64,000 bases of DNA from Candidatus Saccharimonadota bacterium (GTDB lineage Bacteria > Patescibacteriota > Saccharimonadia > Saccharimonadales > Saccharimonadaceae), in assembly GCA_017459705.1 (NCBI GenBank), contig JAFUCJ010000005.1, positions 7,436-71,435 of the forward strand. Direction: 5' to 3'. Of the stretch, positions 26,704 through 33,927 are shown piece after piece (the stretch's first letter is position 1; each line of letters opens with the position of its first letter). A program made the position numbers and the translations under genes. The notes beneath the pieces were generated by a model, which saw only the letters and a list, made by a program, of their open reading frames with translations, searched no databases and had not been told where the DNA came from.

Positions 26704-27290
26704 ACACTACTCCCAGCAACTTCGCAGGTGTAGATTCCCTTCTCCATGTCGCGGTTGATTTGTTTCCTGTATCTATCTTCCTCAGAAAATACACAACCAC
26801 AGTATTTTTGCATATACATTCCGAGCTCTCGGGCTTTCGCTTGCCCTTCACGGAACCCCACGCGAAAATCTCGGTACACAAATTCCACGCCCGACATCGC
26901 CGCCAGCTCCTCGCACACCATTTTCAGCTCATCATGCTTCTGATATGGCGATACCAGTAGCGTTGTCGTGAAAGCGTCGTAGCCGTTTTTCGCCGCATAA
27001 CGCACCGTCTCAGTGAGCCGCTTGCGGTAGCAATAATTCACGCATCTATTCGGGATGTCATTTGCCACGTTACGGCAAAATTCGTCTAGTCCGTAATCCT
27101 CATCAAAAATCGCCTTCACGGAAATTGCCGCACAATAATCTTTCAAGCAATCTCGTCGCGCCTTATATTCCTGATACGGATGAATGTTCGGGTTGTACCA
27201 AAAAACCGTCGGCCTAGTTCCCTCTCCGCGGAGCGCGTCAATACAATACACCGAACACGGCGCACAACACGTGTGCATCAATAGCTTCAT
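26700..27290 (-). CDS. queH: Epoxyqueuosine reductase QueH (DUF208)
   Basis: N-terminus MKLLMHTCCAPCSVY with conserved Cys pattern. Length 196 aa. Confidence 0.9.
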   Translation of the reverse strand: MKLLMHTCCAPCSVYCIDALRGEGTRPTVFWYNPNIHPYQEYKARRDCLKDYCAAISVKAIFDEDYGLDEFCRNVANDIPNRCVNYCYRKRLTETVRYAAKNGYDAFTTTLLVSPYQKHDELKMVCEELAAMSGVEFVYRDFRVGFREGQAKARELGMYMQKYCGCVFSEEDRYRKQINRDMEKGIYTCEVAGSSV

Positions 27291-27292
27291 CC

Positions 27293-27586
27293 CTATATTA
27301 TACCATCAAAATACTTCTTCGCGATTGCTAAAATACTGGCGATAAATGACGCAGTCAAAACTACAATTCCGCCCGTTGAAATAGATAGCGCAGGCCCGAC
27401 ATTGGGATTATAAACGCCAGTATCCGGAGTGGACACTACGACCCGTTCATTTTCAGACTCGCTCCACGCAACCTCTCCCACCGTAGCATCCACGGCATAG
27501 CTCGTGGCACCCACGCTATTAACGTTCTCGCCTAGAACCAGACATATGATACCAAATAATATACAAAACAGCCTTTTCTTTTTCAT
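27293..27586 (-). CDS. Small secreted protein with a C-terminal membrane anchor
   Basis: Signal peptide MKKKRLFCILFGIICLVLG. A C-terminal TPDTG segment is followed by a hydrophobic helix and KKYF. Confidence 0.5.
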   Translation of the reverse strand: MKKKRLFCILFGIICLVLGENVNSVGATSYAVDATVGEVAWSESENERVVVSTPDTGVYNPNVGPALSISTGGIVVLTASFIASILAIAKKYFDGII

Positions 27587-27594
27587 GGCACTCC

Positions 27595-28086
27595 TTATTT
27601 CACCAAAACGCTCATCGCAATCTCTGAGCCTATGATTTCTTCTTTGCCCTGTTCATTATAAAAATAAACAACGTATTTTCCCTTATACTTACCATACGGG
27701 ATTTTGCGACCGAGACTATATCTCAATTCCTGTATTTTATATCCAGGATGCACTATTCCGCTTCTCCCAATGATTACCTCTTCGCCGTCGATATTGGCAA
27801 CGAGCTCCAAGGCAAGGCTCTTTCTGGATGTTGATGGATTGGTGAAATTGAGCACAATCTTTTCTTCATCATGAAGAAGTGTGACGTATCCAGCATATCT
27901 CAGCGATACATCCGCTCCGCCCTTCGCCTCGTTTGTTTCCGGTTCAACTTTGACTATCACAAAATCGGGATCACTATCGTTATTCAGATGTTTTATGATA
28001 AGCCCCCCTATGACCATTATCGCCACGAGAGCAACAACGGTCACAATTACCAAGGGATATTTCTTTTTCTTCTCAATACGTAGCAT
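27595..28086 (-). CDS. N-terminally anchored extracytoplasmic protein, unknown function
   Basis: 163 aa. A single TM helix (PLVIVTVVALVAIMVIGGLII) is followed by a beta-rich domain. Tightly packed with its neighbours. Confidence 0.5.
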   Translation of the reverse strand: MLRIEKKKKYPLVIVTVVALVAIMVIGGLIIKHLNNDSDPDFVIVKVEPETNEAKGGADVSLRYAGYVTLLHDEEKIVLNFTNPSTSRKSLALELVANIDGEEVIIGRSGIVHPGYKIQELRYSLGRKIPYGKYKGKYVVYFYNEQGKEEIIGSEIAMSVLVK

Positions 28087-28087
28087 T

Positions 28088-28858
28088 TTATTCCATGTCA
28101 GGTTCGATGTTAATAGTCACCCTGCCTATACTATCATGAGTGGCTATATCGACATTGGATAAATCCGTTTCAGCTTTTGTTCGCAACATTAAATGCGCGT
28201 AATGCATGCCATCAACACCTGCGCGCGCACTATCCAATGTCGGGATAACGCCATCGCCATAAGATTCTCCAAAGTAATAATACAAATCATTCCCGACTTC
28301 CAAATAATTATCTTTCGAAATGTTCATATGGGCAAGGGAGCTTCCATCTGTAAAGCTACCACCAGCCACAAACTCACCAGTAACCCAGTCATATTTCTGT
28401 GTAGGCGTAAAGCTCGCAAGCACTTTTACTTTGCCATTTGTGGAATTATCTTTTACAGATACCCAACTCCCCGGATTTTCTTTGACATGCACGATGGTGC
28501 CATCGGCAGGCTCATCTTCTATTACGGTGGTACAATTTGCGTCGGAATATATTCCTCCCGTTTCAAATTGTTTGCCAGTACTGTTATCGTCATGCTTGTA
28601 GATAACGCCATCGCAAGTTCGAGAAGATTCAAATCTGTACCTGTTGAGATCTTTTGCGTACTTCCAGTCAAAAGTCATACTGCCCCAATTAAGGTCCACC
28701 GAATAAACCGTTTCATCAATTTCTCCTACATAAGCGTCACGTGTGCCTGTGAAATACCCAGTATCGGGATCTCCGCCGAACGTCGCAGCGAACGCTCCAA
28801 AAGTCGGCATACTTGCCATGCTTAGGCAGGCGAGCCCACAAATAATAGTTTTTTTCAT
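28088..28858 (-). CDS. Secreted protein, unknown function
   Basis: Signal peptide MKKTIICGLACLSMASMPTFGAFA. RBS GAAAGGAGAAAC. First gene of a 3-gene operon. Confidence 0.55.
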   Translation of the reverse strand: MKKTIICGLACLSMASMPTFGAFAATFGGDPDTGYFTGTRDAYVGEIDETVYSVDLNWGSMTFDWKYAKDLNRYRFESSRTCDGVIYKHDDNSTGKQFETGGIYSDANCTTVIEDEPADGTIVHVKENPGSWVSVKDNSTNGKVKVLASFTPTQKYDWVTGEFVAGGSFTDGSSLAHMNISKDNYLEVGNDLYYYFGESYGDGVIPTLDSARAGVDGMHYAHLMLRTKAETDLSNVDIATHDSIGRVTINIEPDME

Positions 28859-28918
28859 GTTTCTCCTTTCTGAGAATTGTTATGTTTGTCTTAGAAGTAT
28901 GACCTTCTAATAACCTCA

Positions 28919-28941
28919 ATTATATATATATATATTGTCAA
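28919..28941 (-). promoter_or_regulatory. TTGACA-(TA)n-TATAAT promoter-like element with an 11-nt spacer made of TA repeats
   Basis: The minus strand reads TTGACA (plus 28936-28941), then ATATATATATA, then TATAAT (plus 28919-24). The (TA)7 run is 28921-28934. It lies ~55 nt upstream of the ATG at 28858. Confidence 0.5.
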
Positions 28942-28975
28942 GCATGTTATGTTGAAACTAAAAAAAAAGCATTGA

Positions 28976-29008
28976 GCAAATTTGAAGCAAATTTGAAGCA
29001 AATTTGAA
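28976..29008 (+). repeat. Three tandem 11-bp repeats GCAAATTTGAA overlapping the -35 of the downstream promoter
   Basis: Exact copies at 28976-28986, 28987-28997 and 28998-29008. The last supplies TTGAAT (29004-29009). Confidence 0.85.
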
Positions 29009-29032
29009 TAAAACATTCTTTTGTGCTACAAT
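29004..29032 (+). promoter_or_regulatory. Promoter TTGAAT-17-TACAAT (TGC-extended), 7 nt before the ATG at 29040
   Basis: -35 at 29004-29009, 17-nt spacer, TGCTACAAT with hexamer 29027-29032. No SD, so a leaderless start is likely. Confidence 0.55.
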
Positions 29033-29039
29033 ATCATGT

Positions 29040-30545
29040 ATGGAAGATGGACTTTCGAATCAAAAAATAGCACAAATCATTTTTAACTTCTCTAAAATGG
29101 ATAGCGAGCTAGAACACGTTGAGTTTAAAGTAAATCAGGCCGACTCAGAAATGATCGCAAAGAATATCTCTGCCATTACAAACTCAATGACCCGTCGCAA
29201 TTCTCCAAGAGGCTATATGGTTTGGGGGATCGATAATGCCAGCCATGAATTTGTTGGGACAAGCTTTAAGCCATATTCGGCGAAAGTTAGAAATAAAACC
29301 AAAGATAAGGAAAGTAATGAAGAGCTACTGGTGTGGTTATCTAAATATGTTAAGCCGTCTCCGAAGTTAGATGTTAGAGAGCTCGAAATAAACGGGAAGA
29401 GGGTCGTTGTTTTTATAATTACGTCAAATCCGTTGGAGCTCTCAAAGTTTCGAGGCAACGCTTTTATCCGCATCGGCGCTAATACTAGGCCACTTAATGA
29501 ATATCCATCCATCGAAAAAGAAGTCTGGTGCGAAATCCTCTCCAGGGAATTCGAGACAATTTCAGCAAAATCAAATTTATCAAAGGATGAAGTCGTTTCA
29601 CTGCTTGATTTTGATACTTTTTATACCATGCGACAAAATAGAGTGCACGTAGAACGTAGTCTTTTATTTACGGAGGCAATAAAATGTGGCATGATTAGGG
29701 ATAACCAAGATACGACCTACGATATAACCAATCTTGGTGCACTGTTATACGCCAAGAAATTAGATGACTTCTCGCAACTTTCTTCTAAAACTATGCGAAT
29801 TGTCCTATATCGAGGAAACTCGAAGCTCAACTTGATAAACGAAGAACGAAGCATAGGTGGGTATGTTGTTGAATTTAATCGTATTCATAACTATATTATG
29901 AACAAAGTTATTTCCGAGGATGTAATTGGTGAAGATGGGATACGGAGAGAAAAATATCTGTACCCGACGCTCACTGTACGCGAGTTACTCGCCAATACAA
30001 TCGTCCATCAGGACCTCTCCACAAACGTCATGCATCCCATGATAGAAATTTATTCAGATCGGATAGAATTCATCAATCCTGGCGCACCGCTAGTCCCAGA
30101 AGACAGATTTTTGGATTACCCGCCTCAGACCAGAAACCAAAGAATGGCCGAGGAATTTTATAGGGTAGGACTTTGTGAAATACAGGGATCCGGCTGGGAT
30201 AAGGTTGCTATCGAAGCAAGCGAGTTGAGCTTCCCCGCACCAAAGCCAGAAGTTACTCAGGATACGACCAGAATAATCCTGATGCAAGAAAAAACGCTCG
30301 CTAATATGACGAACGAAGAGCGTATGTGGTCACTTTATACGTTCGCATGCTTGCTGTGGGTCAAAAAGCAATTTCTTACGAACACCCTTGTAAGACAGCT
30401 TTTTCATATTCCAGACAATAATCTCTCTATGGCTTCTACTCTATTATCGCAAGCCGTAAAATCTGGACTGATTGTCGTTTTTGACGAACAGGCTGGCACG
30501 CGTAGCCGTAAATACATGCCGAAATACGTAAACGATGCATTCTAG
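29040..30545 (+). CDS. AlbA_2 (Schlafen-like) DNA-binding domain + HATPase_c_4-type ATPase-like domain protein, putative regulator
   Basis: N-terminus ELEHVEFKVNQ... (AlbA_2-like). The central TVRELLANTIVHQDL...IEFINPG pattern matches the family often annotated as a putative transcriptional regulator or RecG-like ATP-binding protein. Start set to MEDGLSNQ. Confidence 0.7.
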   Translation: MEDGLSNQKIAQIIFNFSKMDSELEHVEFKVNQADSEMIAKNISAITNSMTRRNSPRGYMVWGIDNASHEFVGTSFKPYSAKVRNKTKDKESNEELLVWLSKYVKPSPKLDVRELEINGKRVVVFIITSNPLELSKFRGNAFIRIGANTRPLNEYPSIEKEVWCEILSREFETISAKSNLSKDEVVSLLDFDTFYTMRQNRVHVERSLLFTEAIKCGMIRDNQDTTYDITNLGALLYAKKLDDFSQLSSKTMRIVLYRGNSKLNLINEERSIGGYVVEFNRIHNYIMNKVISEDVIGEDGIRREKYLYPTLTVRELLANTIVHQDLSTNVMHPMIEIYSDRIEFINPGAPLVPEDRFLDYPPQTRNQRMAEEFYRVGLCEIQGSGWDKVAIEASELSFPAPKPEVTQDTTRIILMQEKTLANMTNEERMWSLYTFACLLWVKKQFLTNTLVRQLFHIPDNNLSMASTLLSQAVKSGLIVVFDEQAGTRSRKYMPKYVNDAF

Positions 30546-30553
30546 CATTTTGC

Positions 30554-30689
30554 AATTTGCTTTGTGGTTGCTTCAAAAACATAAACGGAATTGGGAATTA
30601 ACAGAGGTAATTTGCTTTGTGGTTGCTTCAAAAACATAAACGGAATTGGGAATTAACAGAGGTAATTTGCTTTGTGGTTGCTTCAAAAC
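30554..30689 (+). repeat. 55-bp tandem repeat, 2.5 copies
   Basis: The unit AATTTGCTTTGTGGTTGCTTCAAAAACATAAACGGAATTGGGAATTAACAGAGGT occurs at 30554-30608 and 30609-30663, with a partial copy at 30664-30689. Each unit contains TTGCTTCAAA, the reverse complement of the upstream TTTGAAGCAA motif. Confidence 0.9.
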
Positions 30690-30759
30690 TACAAAGTATA
30701 GAAAACAATTTGATGGTACTTAAAACAACGATCTATGGAGAAAAACGCCGCACCAAAAT

Positions 30760-32649
30760 CTACCTACCACCCAAAATCCATTGAATCACTTGCCTTTTAA
30801 TTTCAAAATATTCATCTTTTTCAAATTGCATGTTGGCGATGCAGTATCTCTTATTAGTAATATGCGAGCAAAACATACATTCATGGAGCGAATTCGCATC
30901 TTGGATAAAAAACGAATTTGAGATTTTTCCAGAGCAAATCACATTGTATGAATTTGTACAATTCGCCGAGTCATCCACCCTGAGACAATAAGCACAGGCC
31001 CCGGACCGTTGTGATGCTACTGTATATTCCGAAGCGTGGCAAGAATCACAAAATGCGATGTTTTTGCAACGATTACAATTTGCACTGCGCCAGACTTTTT
31101 CACTTTCGTATACCGTGTCACTCTGTGCCACGTCCACCGAATTGAAATTTCTCTCAGTCGTCGTAAAGTTTGTTTCCCGCCAAATTTCAATTATGTCGTC
31201 TATGGATTCAACTTTTCGTTTCGGCAACATCCACGTTTCACGCTCGCTTTCATTTCTTTGCGTAATATACCTCGTAGAGTTCATGCTTTCCGCCCACGTT
31301 TCTTCACCGCTAATTGAATCATAAACCATCACTGCCGGCATCAACATTCCGCATCGCGACAACCTCGCCACTACATGACGATCCGGCAAAATTGCCAGCA
31401 ATCGCGCCTTTTCTCTCTGCGACGTATTGCCATCCTGAAATGTCGTCAACTTCGCGTCTGCAAATTCCGTCTGTTCCCCGCTACACAATTCTATATCCAA
31501 ATAATCCACCAGATGCTCCGCGTCATCATAATTCAGCCGAAAACAGAAATAATTCGCCACATTGGCATAGATTGCAGTTTTTAGTTCGTTGGAAATCTGT
31601 GTGTAATATTGTCCAGCTAGCACTACGGAAATATTATATTTTCGCGCTTCCGCCAAAAATCTCGTTAGCACTGGGTTTTCAACCACCGCAACTTCATCTA
31701 CTACGAGTATAATGTGCTCACTCAGTCTGCGTTGCATGCCCAGTGCAAAAAGTTGGTTCATAATGAGGCCAGCCAGGGTTTTTACCGCGCGCTCGCCATG
31801 CTTTGCGATATTTAGTGACACCAGAGTTACTTTATTCGTTACAATTTCGTATTCTAGCCGCCGACTATTTTGTCGGTAAATCGCCGGTGTCAGTTGTAGT
31901 TCATCTATCAGCGTCACCATGAGTGCAAAAGTCGCATCATGATATCGGGTTCTCAGTTCGTTGTAGTCCTGCCCAAAAAATTCTTGCAAACTTTCTGGCA
32001 GATATTTCTCCACACTCGCGAGCGTGATATTTTTGTATTGCGTATCAGTGAGCATTCTTCTGAGATTCTGTAAACTCAGCTCGCCTTTTTCTATCAGCGC
32101 ATATAAACAAGCCCGCGCCAAACGCTCCGCCATAGGATTCCAGCTCGTCGCAAGGGATTTCAATAGTCCTAGCATCATCTCTACGCTGTTTACGATATTT
32201 TCGCCATTCACAACGAACAGATCAAGTCCCCGGTCGCTATTTGTGTAGTCGAAAACTTTTACCTTGTCGCACCCGCCAATCTCATCTCTGAGCGCATCGT
32301 GCGGGTCTATCACGAGAAAATGATATTTGTCACCATAGTTTTCCATTGTTTCGCAGATAAAACTCGCTAAAAATTTGCTTTTCCCCGCCCCACTTGCTCC
32401 AAATACCGCTGTATGTTTATAAAAATCAATATCTTTTAATACAAGATAATGTTTTTCGTTGAAATACGGAAATTGCCTTAATTCCAAAATTGCTCCATTA
32501 GTTTCCGACGAGAACAACGACAAAGTTTTGGCCACGTTCAGATACTTCGGCGGCTTGGCCAGCACAAAAGCCTTCCGAAAGTCCAGATTTAGTATATCCG
32601 GCGTCGCGCCATGCAATCTCAGAATCTTTACGGAGCCGTTTTTCTCCAT
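30760..32649 (-). CDS. P-loop ATPase of the HerA/FtsK/VirD4-like (DUF87-type) class with a Cys-rich C-terminal domain
   Basis: Walker A FGASGAGKSKF and Walker B HIILVVDEVAV. The last ~125 aa carry many CxxC-like pairs and end ...KRYCIANMQFEKDEYFEIK. Confidence 0.7.
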   Translation of the reverse strand: MEKNGSVKILRLHGATPDILNLDFRKAFVLAKPPKYLNVAKTLSLFSSETNGAILELRQFPYFNEKHYLVLKDIDFYKHTAVFGASGAGKSKFLASFICETMENYGDKYHFLVIDPHDALRDEIGGCDKVKVFDYTNSDRGLDLFVVNGENIVNSVEMMLGLLKSLATSWNPMAERLARACLYALIEKGELSLQNLRRMLTDTQYKNITLASVEKYLPESLQEFFGQDYNELRTRYHDATFALMVTLIDELQLTPAIYRQNSRRLEYEIVTNKVTLVSLNIAKHGERAVKTLAGLIMNQLFALGMQRRLSEHIILVVDEVAVVENPVLTRFLAEARKYNISVVLAGQYYTQISNELKTAIYANVANYFCFRLNYDDAEHLVDYLDIELCSGEQTEFADAKLTTFQDGNTSQREKARLLAILPDRHVVARLSRCGMLMPAVMVYDSISGEETWAESMNSTRYITQRNESERETWMLPKRKVESIDDIIEIWRETNFTTTERNFNSVDVAQSDTVYESEKVWRSANCNRCKNIAFCDSCHASEYTVASQRSGACAYCLRVDDSANCTNSYNVICSGKISNSFFIQDANSLHECMFCSHITNKRYCIANMQFEKDEYFEIKRQVIQWILGGR

Positions 32650-32821
32650 GGCGGCATAGTAATTCCCGCCGTGACTTCACGAAAATCCGTGCCAATATCC
32701 CATCAAAGCTAATTATAATCTCTGTCCGCTCGCCTTGATGATGCAGTCGAGCCAGTCTATCCAAAAAATCCCGCCAAGCATTTGCACTTACCACCTTTCG
32801 TGCCAAAAACACCTCATACAT
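32498..32821 (-). CDS. Upstream ORF, possibly the frameshifted N-terminal segment of the ATPase gene
   Basis: MYEVFLARKVV...ERTEIIISFDGILARIFVKS... then a tail that is just the ATPase N-terminus read out of frame (150-nt overlap, ATPase frame is +1). TGATATGAT lies 6 nt before its ATG. Confidence 0.4.
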   Translation of the reverse strand: MYEVFLARKVVSANAWRDFLDRLARLHHQGERTEIIISFDGILARIFVKSRRELLCRHGEKRLRKDSEIAWRDAGYTKSGLSEGFCAGQAAEVSERGQNFVVVLVGN

Positions 32822-32899
32822 AAAACAATCATATCATATTGCAATAACCTTGGGAACCCATATAAAAACAAACGTTCGTCCTCAGCGATTCCCCCAGAA

Positions 32900-32924
32900 A
32901 CAAAATAAGAGAGCTAACTCTCTT
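32900..32924 (-). terminator. Hairpin plus U-tract downstream of tRNA-Ser(CGA) and its duplicated 3' end
   Basis: AAGAGAG-CTAA-CTCTCTT (32907-32924), followed on the minus strand by ATTTTG. Confidence 0.5.
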
Positions 32925-32934
32925 CTTTCATTCT

Positions 32935-32955
32935 TGGCGGAAGCGAGAGGATTCG
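32935..32955 (-). repeat. 21-bp direct duplicate of the tRNA-Ser(CGA) 3' end
   Basis: TGGCGGAAGCGAGAGGATTCG occurs at 33010-33030 (tRNA 3' end, plus-strand notation) and again at 32935-32955. The 54-bp spacer contains small hairpins. Confidence 0.8.
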
Positions 32956-33009
32956 CATTGAGCGAAGCGATATACGAGTCTCGCTTTTTGATGCGTTGCG
33001 TAAGCAACG

Positions 33010-33099
33010 TGGCGGAAGCGAGAGGATTCGAACCTCCGAGACGGTCACCCGCCCACACGATTTCGAGTCGTGCGCCTTCAACCACTCGGCCACGCTTCC
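33010..33099 (-). tRNA. tRNA-Ser (anticodon CGA), CCA encoded
   Basis: The reverse complement reads GGAAGCGTGGCCGAGTGGTTGAAGGCGCACGACTCGAAATCGTGTGGGCGGGTGACCGTCTCGGAGGTTCGAATCCTCTCGCTTCCGCCA. Anticodon loop CTCGAAA, long variable arm. Confidence 0.9.
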
Positions 33100-33274
33100 A
33101 CTTATCATTCTATCACAAAATCTCATAAAAATCCACACAAATCTTAAAAATATGTTATAATAGTACTGTCACTACAAAAGTGATGCTCATTTAATTTCTA
33201 GGTGGATGTTCGTTAACTAAACATCCACATTTGTACCGCACGACCCTAAAGGTCCGCCGGTGCATCGAAAGTGT

Positions 33275-33351
33275 GTGCCCGTAGCTCAGCTGGATAGAGC
33301 GTTTGCTTGCGGAGCAAAAGGTCGTAGGTTCGAATCCTGTCGGGCATACCA
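33275..33351 (+). tRNA. tRNA-Arg (anticodon GCG as read), CCA encoded
   Basis: GTGCCCGTAGCTCAGCTGGATAGAGCGTTTGCTTGCGGAGCAAAAGGTCGTAGGTTCGAATCCTGTCGGGCATACCA. Anticodon stem TTTGC/GCAAA with loop TTGCGGA. Confidence 0.85.
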
Positions 33352-33444
33352 AATAAAAGAAGACCCACCAGGGCCTTATTTTATTTCGCCAAATCACCAC
33401 CTAGCCTTATTTTTATTTTCCGTTAAATATGATAAAATAATATC

Positions 33445-33927
33445 ATGAATTGGGATACAATCACTAATATCATTCTTATTGCTGCTATTGCCGTTCTCGG
33501 TGTTTTTGGCTTGCTCGGCATCTATCAATGGGCCACGCGCAAAAGATTCACCAAAATCGACCGCAACCTCCGCTTCGCCATCATCCCTACCGCCCTCATG
33601 GTGATCACTTATTTCGTTTTTGATCATTTTCTCATTTGGAACACCCGCCCGAACGGCACCGGCGAGCCGTCTTTCCCTTCTAGCCATACGATGCTCGTCG
33701 CCACCGTTTTTGCCCTCGCCGCCATCAACCTGCCGAAGTACATCAGGAGCAAACCTCTCCTCATTATCCTCGACTGTCTTATGTTCATCCTTGTCGCCTT
33801 GACTGCCGTCGGCCGCGTCCTCGCGAACCAGCATTGGGCCTCCGACGTCGTTGGCGCCTTCATCTTCTCCGCCATCTTTATCGCCATATATTATATAACT
33901 CTCAGAAAGGAGCCCACCCATGCCTAG
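33445..33927 (+). CDS. PAP2 family phosphatase (membrane)
   Basis: PAP2 motifs PSSHT and GRVLANQHWASDVVGA, with 4-5 TM segments. TGATAAAAT lies 6 nt before the ATG. Confidence 0.85.
   Translation: MNWDTITNIILIAAIAVLGVFGLLGIYQWATRKRFTKIDRNLRFAIIPTALMVITYFVFDHFLIWNTRPNGTGEPSFPSSHTMLVATVFALAAINLPKYIRSKPLLIILDCLMFILVALTAVGRVLANQHWASDVVGAFIFSAIFIAIYYITLRKEPTHA

Noticed and set aside
30554-30689. Possible CRISPR array (26-nt repeat with ~29-nt spacers)
   Set aside because: The 'spacers' are identical to each other, so this is a simple 55-bp tandem repeat (2.5 copies). No cas genes are nearby.
32850-33400. Several 60-90-aa ORFs on both strands
   Set aside because: They overlap the tRNA-Ser(CGA) and tRNA-Arg genes and their flanks, so they are artefacts of ORF calling across RNA genes.
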